Sequence record: SRR20825006_1064
Length of the DNA stretch: 60,663 nt
Direction: 5' to 3' (one strand)
Each line of letters begins with the position of its first letter. The first letter of the stretch is position 1. Positions 47,647 through 55,785 of the stretch are shown piece by piece. The position numbers and the translations under genes were made by a program. The notes beneath the pieces were generated by a model. The model did no database searches. It was given only the letters and a program-made list of their open reading frames with translations, and was not told the origin of the DNA.

Positions 47647-48894
47647 TTGGCTGATATGAAGAACTATGCTGTCGTTACAGCCTCCTATTGGGGCTTCACG
47701 ATCACGGACGGCGCGCTCAGGATGCTGGTGCTGTTGCATTTCCACGCGCTGGGGTATCAGCCACTTGATCTGGCCTTCCTGTTTCTTCTTTATGAAGCCA
47801 TGGGAATTGTCACTAACTTTTTCGGGGGCTGGATCGGTGCGCGTTTCGGCCTGCGCTCCACCTTGTTTGCCGGGCTTTCCATTCAGATAGTGGCCCTTCT
47901 TATCCTGGCTGGGTTGCCTGAAGGCCTAACTTTGGCACTTTCCGCAGCTTACGTAATGGCGGCGCAAGCGCTGTCCGGTGTTGCCAAGGACCTTACCAAA
48001 ATGAGTAGCAAGTCAGCGGTGAAGTTGGTGGTTCCGGATACTGGTCAAGGTTTGCTGTTCAAATGGGTAGCCATGTTGACCGGTTCCAAAAACGCTTTGA
48101 AGGGTGTCGGTTTCTTTGTGGGTGGCTATCTTCTCTACAGGATCGGTTTTAGCGGTGCGATTGTCGCCATGGCGTCAGCGCTAGCCGTGATCCTGGTAGC
48201 CTCTGCGCTCTATTTAAAGGCTGGCCTTGGTAAGGCCAAAAGCAAGATACGCGGCAAGGACCTTTTTTCCAAAAGCCGGGAAGTCAATTTGCTGTCGGCG
48301 GCCCGCATTTTTCTGTTCGCCAGCCGGGATGTCTGGTTTGTGGTGGGAGTACCCGTGTTTCTGGCGGAAGTGGTCGGGTGGAACTTTGACGAAATCGGTA
48401 GTTTCATGGCGCTCTGGGTCATTGGCTACGGCATCGTGCAAGCCTTTGTGCCTAAGCTGTTGCGCCGGACCAAAAGTAGCGCAAGCGCTGCTACAGCCGC
48501 GAAACACTGGGGGCTGATCCTTGCCTTGTCACCGGCGCTCATTGCCTTTGGGGTGTCCGATTATGGCAGCCAAATATTCATGCAGGCCTTCGGTGGTTTT
48601 GATACTGCGACCTTTCTGGTTCGTGGATTGATCCTGTTCGGTGTGCTCTTTGCCATCAACTCTGCACTGCATTCCTACCTGATTGTGGCTTATTCGGATG
48701 TGGACAAAGTGTCACTCAACGTGGGCTTTTACTATATGGCCAATGCGGTCGGTCGTTTGGCGGGAACCCTCCTGTCCGGGCTTGTCTACCAATATTATGG
48801 CCTGGTGGTTTGCTTGCTGGTCTCAAGCGTGATGGTGGCTTTGGCGGTATTATTCACAATGCCGCTTGGGGGTAGGAGTGTACGGACAGAATGA
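47647..48894 (+). CDS. arsJ: Organoarsenical efflux MFS transporter ArsJ
   Basis: YWGFTITDGALRMLVL, KDLTKMSSKSAVK, LTGSKNALKG, RDVWFVVG, VGFYYMANA. Confidence 0.92.
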   Translation: MADMKNYAVVTASYWGFTITDGALRMLVLLHFHALGYQPLDLAFLFLLYEAMGIVTNFFGGWIGARFGLRSTLFAGLSIQIVALLILAGLPEGLTLALSAAYVMAAQALSGVAKDLTKMSSKSAVKLVVPDTGQGLLFKWVAMLTGSKNALKGVGFFVGGYLLYRIGFSGAIVAMASALAVILVASALYLKAGLGKAKSKIRGKDLFSKSREVNLLSAARIFLFASRDVWFVVGVPVFLAEVVGWNFDEIGSFMALWVIGYGIVQAFVPKLLRRTKSSASAATAAKHWGLILALSPALIAFGVSDYGSQIFMQAFGGFDTATFLVRGLILFGVLFAINSALHSYLIVAYSDVDKVSLNVGFYYMANAVGRLAGTLLSGLVYQYYGLVVCLLVSSVMVALAVLFTMPLGGRSVRTE

Positions 48895-48961
48895 CGATTT
48901 TATACTTGTCGCATTGGACGCGCATTATGGAGAGAGTTGATAAATTGAGCACGGCAAAGCC

Positions 48962-49294
48962 ATGAACGACGATAAAGCAATTGGCATGTTGTCTGCGCTT
49001 GCACAACAAACCCGGTTCAGCGTGTTCCGTATGCTGATGCGTTCGGGCGAAGCTGGTATGCCTGCGGGCAAGATAGCGGCGAGGCTGGACATCCCGCAGA
49101 ATACGCTTTCGGCACACCTGAGTGTTCTATCGAATGCTGGTTTGGTTGGTGCACGGCGGGAAGGGCGTAGCCTGATCTATTCTGTACGGCTCAATGACAC
49201 CAGGGATTTCATGGGGTATCTCGTCAATGACTGTTGCAATGGTCATCCTGAAATCTGCGCCATTTCAATGACTGAAAGCAAATGCTCAGCCTGA
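48962..49294 (+). CDS. arsR: ArsR/SmtB regulator with C-terminal CC-x-C As(III) site
   Basis: ALAQQTRFSVFR...NTLSAHLSVL...NDCCNGHPEIC. Confidence 0.88.
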   Translation: MNDDKAIGMLSALAQQTRFSVFRMLMRSGEAGMPAGKIAARLDIPQNTLSAHLSVLSNAGLVGARREGRSLIYSVRLNDTRDFMGYLVNDCCNGHPEICAISMTESKCSA

Positions 49295-49552
49295 GAGGAC
49301 TACAGAGAAGGTCACTTTCAATAGTGGTGGCTCGACCCCGTGTCTGTTCGCCAATAGCGCCGCCTGCGTCGTCTGCTTCCCGAAGCCCGGTGAACATGCC
49401 TTCAGTTTTTAGGGGGATATCAGTTTACCGATCGAATTTTATCGCTTGAAAGACGTTGCTTGAGCAATCAGCGAAGCGTGGTTGCTCTCGCCACAGGAGG
49501 CCCGATAAACCAAGTGTAGCAACTTCGCGTGGCGGATTGCAGGTTAATTTGC

Positions 49553-49640
49553 GACACATAAAATGAGATTATCTGTCACGACTGCTTTTCACTTTGAAGC
49601 CAGACATATCAAATCTCTTGGCGGATGTCCCAAATTCGCC
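49553..49640 (+). repeat. Degenerate direct repeat, copy B (right of ars cassette)
   Basis: 66/88 identical to 46381-46468. Confidence 0.85.
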
Positions 49641-49861
49641 AGAAGTAGTAGAGGTTGAAATTGATGCTCCGTATTCACTGTTCTGCCGATGGAAATTAGC
49701 GGGTCACCTAGTGTGTGCAGTGGGCGCGTGTTTGTCACGCCACGGGGGAAAGGCTCTGCCATACAAGGTAGCCATTACCTGTATCCAAGGCAGCAGCCAT
49801 GTATTGTATCGACATGCCGGGAACCTCTGCCCGGTGAACTGGATTGGCTGGCAGCAACATG

Positions 49862-49906
49862 AAAATGGGGAGGGGCAAGGCAGGGACATGAGAGCCCGCC
49901 CCTCCC
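49862..49906 (-). terminator. Terminator after the DUF1611 gene
   Basis: Minus strand GGGAGGGGCGGG...CTTGCCCCTCCC then CATTTTC. Confidence 0.6.
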
Positions 49907-49911
49907 GCCTT

Positions 49912-50964
49912 CTACCAGTTTTCGGATTGAATTCGGTCGACAATAGCGCCTGTTCCGGTAATCAAGGGGTCTACGACAGGCAGGCCGGATTCAGCCGAAC
50001 ATTTCTGGAAGAAGGAAGTTCTCTCACTCTCGGTCATGGTGCTTGAATTGATTGCCACACCTACAAAACGCGCTTTCGGGTTCACTCGTTGTGCCATGAG
50101 AAGGTTGGTGCTGATGGCTTCTGAGATGGATACAAGCCCATACGTGGTGGAACCAAGGTGATACTTGCGGTGGGGGTCATGGCATAGCACCAGCGCATCT
50201 GGTTGTGAGCCGTGCAGTAGGCCGAGGCTCACCCCGGCGTAGCTAGGGTTCGTAAGCGCGCCTTGCCCTTCGATTAAGTCCCAGTGATCGTCACTGTTGG
50301 CGACGGGAGAGATTATTTCAGCAGCACCTGAGATAAAATCTGCTATGACAGAATCAACAGGAATGCCTTGGCCAGCAATCATAATACCGGTTTGGCCTGT
50401 TGCGCGAAAATCAGCGGCTATGCCTCGTGCCGACATTTCCTTTTCAAGTGCTAAGGCCGTGTATTTTTTCCCAACGGCACAGTCCGTGCCGACGGTAAGA
50501 AGGCGTTTACCACGCCGCTTGATACCGGTGCCAATGGGCAGGTCGGCAGGTGGTACACGGATATCGATCAGCCGCGCGCCGGATTGTTCTGCCGCTGTGA
50601 CGAGATCGGGGAATTTGGTAAGTTTTTCGTGCATGCCGGAGACGATGTCGATGCCGCGTGCTGCGGCCTCTGTTAAATCTTTCAACCAGCTTGCAGACAG
50701 GCGTCCCCCGCTTGGTGCAACGCCAATAATGATGGAGCCTGCACCGGCTTCTGCGGCCTCGGCGATAGTTACGTCTTCGATGCCTAGGCTGGTGCAGTCC
50801 GAACTGTGGCGCAGTTGACCAAAACACATATCACGCCGCCACTCCACAAGGCCAAGGCCAGTTTTGGCATAGGCAACATCCTTAACATCGCCTATATAAA
50901 TTACATATGGCTGGCGTAGTTCGATCTGGACGAACGGCGCTGGGTCTACGATCCGATTTGCCAT
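49912..50964 (-). CDS. dgcN: DUF1611 protein, N-acetyltransferase DgcN-like (D-glutamate catabolism)
   Basis: AKTGLGL, GMHEKL, RLLTVGTDCAVGKKYTAL, ATGQTG, EGQGAL, LLHGSQPDALVLCH; ATG 50964 after AAAGGA. Confidence 0.8.
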   Translation of the reverse strand: MANRIVDPAPFVQIELRQPYVIYIGDVKDVAYAKTGLGLVEWRRDMCFGQLRHSSDCTSLGIEDVTIAEAAEAGAGSIIIGVAPSGGRLSASWLKDLTEAAARGIDIVSGMHEKLTKFPDLVTAAEQSGARLIDIRVPPADLPIGTGIKRRGKRLLTVGTDCAVGKKYTALALEKEMSARGIAADFRATGQTGIMIAGQGIPVDSVIADFISGAAEIISPVANSDDHWDLIEGQGALTNPSYAGVSLGLLHGSQPDALVLCHDPHRKYHLGSTTYGLVSISEAISTNLLMAQRVNPKARFVGVAINSSTMTESERTSFFQKCSAESGLPVVDPLITGTGAIVDRIQSENW

Positions 50965-51043
50965 GATAGAAATCCTTTCAAAAATACCTTCAAGCACTGG
51001 TTTGGGCGCGAGAGAACTCGAGCCCTGTCCTTTTTCTGTAGTT

Positions 51044-52819
51044 CTATTTTTCTGATTTGTTATTCGCGCGATAGCCTGGCCCCTTAACAAAGCGACCGGG
51101 TGTAGCGCCTGTGTGTTCTCCGTTTCGGACTACTGGTTCTCCGTTGACCAGGACGTGTGCTATCCCTGTTGAAAGCTGATGCGGTTTTACAAAGGTCGCA
51201 TGGTCTTGAATGTGTGCAGGGTCAAAGACCACCACGTCAGCGAGATAGCCGTCTCTGAGAAGACCTCGATCCTCGATCTTGAGATTGTTTGCGGGCAGGG
51301 AGGTCAGGCGACGGATGGCCTCCTCAAGCGGAATGACCTTCTCGTCCCTGACATATTTACCCAGAAGTCGCGCGAATGTGCCGTAGGCGCGTGGATGTAC
51401 GCTTTGTTCAAGGAAGGGCTCTTCAGGGGCCATGGTTGGCGCGTCCGACTGGAAGCTGACCCAGTCCTGCTGCATCTGCTTTTTCACATTTTCTTCGCTC
51501 ATCATGAAGTAGACGGCCTCAACTCTGCTGCCGTCTTCCACCACGAGATCAATGATCGCTTCGGCTGGTTTCTGACCTCGAAGCTTGGCTGCTTCAGCCA
51601 GGGTCTTGCCGGTAAGATGTTGCAACTCGGGGTTCTTAAAGCCGATCAGGATGACATTCTCCGCACCACCTGCGGCGAGATAGATATTCTCCCAGTCTTT
51701 GCCAGGGCTATTGATCTCTTGTACGATACGGTCCCGCAGCGTCGGGTCTTGCAGGCGCTTCATCCAAGCTTCAACGCCGCCTTCCTGAAGCCATGGCGGC
51801 ATAGAGGCGCTGAGTCCAGTGCTGCCGGCGGTATAGGTGTACATGTTAGCGCGGATATCAACACCGCGTGCGCGGGCTATGTTGATCTCGTTAATTACCT
51901 TGTCCATCTTGGGCCAGTTGGCTTTGCCAGCGGCTTTAAGGTGGTATATTTCCACGGCCATATTTGCTGTTTCCGCGATGCGGATCATGCCGTTCACACT
52001 CTCTTCAAGCCTATCTCCTTCTGAGCGCATATGCGCCTGATAGGACCCGCCATACCGGCCTGCAACCGCAGCAAGCGCGGTCAGTTCTTCATCTGTTGCG
52101 AAAGAGCCAGGTGGATAGATAAGTGCGGCACCAAGGCCCATGGCGCCTTCTTCCATTGCTCGCGCTACGGTCCGTTCCATCGCCGTAAGTTCTTCCGGGG
52201 TGGGCGCGCGGTCTTCGGGGCCAAGGTGCATTACGCGCACCGTTGCTGCTCCTACATAGGAAGCAATGTTTGGCGATACACCCCGATCTTCAAGATAAGA
52301 AAGAAATTCACCCAAGGTGTTCCACTCAACATCGTATTTGATATTGGTTTGACGGGCGCGCACTATGTTTTTCATCGGTTCGGTCAAGGGGCCCATGGAC
52401 CATCCTTCGCCGAAAACCTCGAGGGTTACACCCTGCGCCACATCCGACAAACTACGCCCGTCATGGAGGAGAGCATCGGCCCCCCAACTCAACATATTGA
52501 TGAAGCCGGGGGATACCGCCATACCGTTGGCGTCGATTACATTCGTTGCGCTTTCTGGCTCGAATTGTCCGACCGCCACGATACGGTCGCCTTTAATCGC
52601 TACGTCAGCGGCGATGGGTGTGCTGCCGCTGCCATCATAGACCATACCGCCGTCGATCAGAATGTCGTAGGTTTTGGGTATTGCTGCTGTGCCACCGGTT
52701 CCGTCTGTTTGGCCTGCCTCGTTGGTCCCGCAAGCTATCAGTGCACTGCATACACATCCCAAGAACAGGGTTTTTATAGTAAAACGCCCGGCTTGGCGTT
52801 GGTGTAGATATACTGCCAT
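51044..52819 (-). CDS. D-aminoacylase-family amidohydrolase, lipoprotein
   Basis: Lipobox LIAC; SPGFINMLSW, AHMRSE, IYHLK, HPRAYGTFARLLGKYVRD, LEEAIRRLTSLPA. Confidence 0.88.
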   Translation of the reverse strand: MAVYLHQRQAGRFTIKTLFLGCVCSALIACGTNEAGQTDGTGGTAAIPKTYDILIDGGMVYDGSGSTPIAADVAIKGDRIVAVGQFEPESATNVIDANGMAVSPGFINMLSWGADALLHDGRSLSDVAQGVTLEVFGEGWSMGPLTEPMKNIVRARQTNIKYDVEWNTLGEFLSYLEDRGVSPNIASYVGAATVRVMHLGPEDRAPTPEELTAMERTVARAMEEGAMGLGAALIYPPGSFATDEELTALAAVAGRYGGSYQAHMRSEGDRLEESVNGMIRIAETANMAVEIYHLKAAGKANWPKMDKVINEINIARARGVDIRANMYTYTAGSTGLSASMPPWLQEGGVEAWMKRLQDPTLRDRIVQEINSPGKDWENIYLAAGGAENVILIGFKNPELQHLTGKTLAEAAKLRGQKPAEAIIDLVVEDGSRVEAVYFMMSEENVKKQMQQDWVSFQSDAPTMAPEEPFLEQSVHPRAYGTFARLLGKYVRDEKVIPLEEAIRRLTSLPANNLKIEDRGLLRDGYLADVVVFDPAHIQDHATFVKPHQLSTGIAHVLVNGEPVVRNGEHTGATPGRFVKGPGYRANNKSEK

Positions 52820-52929
52820 CTTTCGTCCCTTCTTCCCTTATGCACCAATGTGGACGCACTTTCCCTGTTCCGCGCGGTCACGCAGGTGTTAAATGTTCAA
52901 ATCGGTGTTTTGCGCGGAGTTTGACGCGT

Positions 52930-54495
52930 TCACTGCGGCGGTTTGTGTTCCCTCACCGGCTCAAACCGAATGCCATCGGTTGATGGCCCTGGCATTTGCA
53001 GTAAAATGGACGACACCTTGCCAGATTTTTCAAATGCCACGCTCAGGTTCAACGGTGCGGGCGAAGCGTCAGCGCGGGTTTGATCTTCTGGAGTAATATC
53101 GAAAGTATAGCCGCGGTGCGGTGACAACGTGCCCTTGAAAGCCGTGCCATAAAGGGTATGTAATATGCCATCCTTCACCGTGATCGCCAGCTTGCCATAG
53201 ATTGGGTTCTCATAGGTGCCGGCAAGCGTATAGGCATCTACAGCCAGAGCGGTGGAGGGGGCATGTGTGGCAGCATGGATCTGTGTTGCTCCTGCGTTGC
53301 GTCCGCGCCGTTCTGCAAGTTTTGCATTAAAATCAGCCAAATAGTTGGTGCGTGGGACATCCAGCAGGTGATCCATCACCCAGTCTGATAGAAATTGCCG
53401 CACACCAGAACCGCTTTCCCCGTTTGTGAGCACAGCAACACAAAGCCGAGCGTCTGGCACAAAGGAAATGAGTGAGGCCATGCCCTGAATGGCGCCGCCG
53501 TGGGAGTAGACTACGTGACCGTCGCTGTAGTTCATCCGTTCGAGCCCCATGGCGTAGGTTTTGTGCAGGGTGCCAATGTGGCCCTTTGTAGCGTCTGCGT
53601 GTTCCATGAAGGTGAGGGGGGTGCGCACGGCCTCAAGCGCACTTTCCGGCACTACCTGCACATCCCCGTGTTTGCCGTTTGAGAGTTGCATTTTGCACCA
53701 CGCGGCCATGTCGCGTGCGGTAGAATTGACAGACCCCGCAGGCCCCATGTGGGCAAGGTCGAAGTATTCGGTCGGTACAGCGCGGTCAGGCTTGAGATAA
53801 TGCGGCGTAGCGATATTATCCATGCCCTGAAGCGAGGTAAGGTTGGTTGTTGTGCGGTTCATGCCCAGCGGGCGGAACAGATGTTCCGTCAGATAATCGT
53901 CCCATGATAGCCCAGTGACGGCAGGGATCACTTCGCCAGCCGCTAAATACATAAAGTTATTGTAGAGATAGCTGTCCCGGAACGGTGCCACACGGGGGAT
54001 GGTTTGTATTCGGGAAATCATGTCCGCGCGTGTGGCGCCCTTGCGGGCGAACCAGATAAGGTCTGCCCGGTCAAGACCGGTGCGGTGCGAAAGCGCATCG
54101 CGTAAGACCAGGTGTTCGTTAAGATAAGGGTCGGAGAAAGAAAGCCCATCTACATAGCCGGTTAGAGGAGTATCCCAAGTGGCCTTGCCGCTTGCCACCA
54201 ACTTGCCGAGCGCGGTGGCGGTCATGTTCTTGCTCATGGAGCCGATGGCAAAGACCGTATCGCCGTCCACAGCGTCGGCACCACCGACGGTGCGGACCCC
54301 GTAGCCCTTGATCGTGACCTTATCTGCCTCGACAATTGTGAGCGCGACCCCCGGTACATGCGAGAGCGACCTCAATTGGTCAACATAGGCGTCGAGACCA
54401 TCGAGGCGATCGTCTGCAACGCTGGTGGAAGCAAGCATGGCAGCAAGGCTGAGCGACACTAGTGGATGGTATTTGACTGTCCTGTGGTTTGTCAT
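52930..54495 (-). CDS. Periplasmic beta-lactamase-fold serine hydrolase (DUF3471-like C-domain)
   Basis: AAGGAGG RBS; FAIGSMSK, YLYNN, SHGG, AGTYENPIYG. Confidence 0.88.
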   Translation of the reverse strand: MTNHRTVKYHPLVSLSLAAMLASTSVADDRLDGLDAYVDQLRSLSHVPGVALTIVEADKVTIKGYGVRTVGGADAVDGDTVFAIGSMSKNMTATALGKLVASGKATWDTPLTGYVDGLSFSDPYLNEHLVLRDALSHRTGLDRADLIWFARKGATRADMISRIQTIPRVAPFRDSYLYNNFMYLAAGEVIPAVTGLSWDDYLTEHLFRPLGMNRTTTNLTSLQGMDNIATPHYLKPDRAVPTEYFDLAHMGPAGSVNSTARDMAAWCKMQLSNGKHGDVQVVPESALEAVRTPLTFMEHADATKGHIGTLHKTYAMGLERMNYSDGHVVYSHGGAIQGMASLISFVPDARLCVAVLTNGESGSGVRQFLSDWVMDHLLDVPRTNYLADFNAKLAERRGRNAGATQIHAATHAPSTALAVDAYTLAGTYENPIYGKLAITVKDGILHTLYGTAFKGTLSPHRGYTFDITPEDQTRADASPAPLNLSVAFEKSGKVSSILLQMPGPSTDGIRFEPVREHKPPQ

Positions 54496-54523
54496 GTGGG
54501 TGGCCTCCTTGTTTTTCCGAGCT

Positions 54524-55525
54524 TTACCGGTTCTTCCCGAACAGTTCGCGCAGGCCGCGTGCAAAAGTCACCGGTATGACATCGATATGGCCGAGCCCAT
54601 TGTGAAGTTCGCTCTTGAGCGTTAATCCCTTATAGTCGCGCTTCATCAGCACACCGCCAAAGTGTGCCTGTCCGCTCACTACCTGCCCAACACCTTCGAT
54701 ATAGGGGTGGGTTATCTCGAGGGAACCAGAGGACATGTAGACTCCAGCCTTCAGGCTTTTGTGCTTGCGGGCATAGTCTTCTTCCACGCGGAAAATCTCT
54801 CCGTTCCCATAGGCCATAGCGGGGCTTGAGATAATGTAATTCCGGAAGGGGCTCTGCTTCTGGAACATGGCCCAAGACGCGAAATAACCTCCAGCTGAAG
54901 CGCCACCAAGTGTGAGGTTATCCAGATTGATGCGTATGCCGCGCGCAAGACCCGGGAGAAGCTCCCTTGATAGGAATTTCAGGAATTTGGGAGCGCCGCC
55001 AGTGCAGCCGTTCAGATCGACACCCGCTTGCCGACACGTATCTGCCACCGATTGGCCAAATTCATCCTTCAAATTCCAGCCTTCAGGTGAAAATTCGTGT
55101 ATTCTGCGCACGTTATAGGCCATAGGCCCTTCTTCAAACGGGGTACCAACAGCGACAATGATCATGGGTTCTTCGAGTTCGGCCTCTACCGCCATTAGCG
55201 CCGCTGCAACGCCGCCAAAGAACCGATTACCATCGGTAATAACAAGGGTAGGGAACTTGCGGTCAGGCTCTTGCATATAAGCCATGGGGAAACGCACGAT
55301 AACGTCATAGGTGCGGTTCATTACACCGGATTGAAAGCTAAAGGCCTGCATGCCAAGTGTTGGGAAGTCTCGGGGTTGCATCTTGCCGCCACGCTGGCCT
55401 TGATCTGGCTGCTTCTTCGCGCTGGCTTCTAGCACATCCTGTTTTTGCCCTGTTTTTGCATCTGTGGCGGCGCTTGCCGGTGTGAACATCATCGCAGCGG
55501 CCACCAAGGGTAAAATCTGTTTCAT
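54524..55525 (-). CDS. Periplasmic alpha/beta hydrolase, IroE/BesA-like esterase
   Basis: Signal peptide; TDGN, GGAPKFLKFL, nucleophile GASAGG, ISSPA, terminal His. Confidence 0.82.
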   Translation of the reverse strand: MKQILPLVAAAMMFTPASAATDAKTGQKQDVLEASAKKQPDQGQRGGKMQPRDFPTLGMQAFSFQSGVMNRTYDVIVRFPMAYMQEPDRKFPTLVITDGNRFFGGVAAALMAVEAELEEPMIIVAVGTPFEEGPMAYNVRRIHEFSPEGWNLKDEFGQSVADTCRQAGVDLNGCTGGAPKFLKFLSRELLPGLARGIRINLDNLTLGGASAGGYFASWAMFQKQSPFRNYIISSPAMAYGNGEIFRVEEDYARKHKSLKAGVYMSSGSLEITHPYIEGVGQVVSGQAHFGGVLMKRDYKGLTLKSELHNGLGHIDVIPVTFARGLRELFGKNR

Positions 55526-55696
55526 ACTGCCGTTTCCTCGATCTGTTTTTTATTTAAACGAGGGCACATCTGATGCCGTTCTCGCATGGTTGTTGTTATT
55601 AGACCGGTGAGGGCCGGTATTCCGCAGGTTCCTCGTGCATTTTTTTTGATGAAGCTGAAGGTGAACCGTTGGCATACTGCGGCGGGGAGAAACGAG

Positions 55697-55729
55697 CATG
55701 AGGGCGCCTTTGAGAAAGACGCCCTCATG
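55697..55729 (-). terminator. Strong hairpin downstream of the TonB receptor
   Basis: Minus strand CATGAGGGCGTCTTT-CTC-AAAGGCGCCCTCATG followed by CTCGTTTCT. Confidence 0.55.
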
Positions 55730-55785
55730 AGCCGAATACCGGTCCGTGGGAAACCAGTTGTTCGGCAGTTGGGAGATAGGGAATC

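Noticed and set aside
49594-50046. ORFs 49594-50046 (+) and 49704-49943 (-) as a possible dgcA remnant
   Set aside because: No enolase-superfamily motifs; they cross the dgcN terminator and stop.
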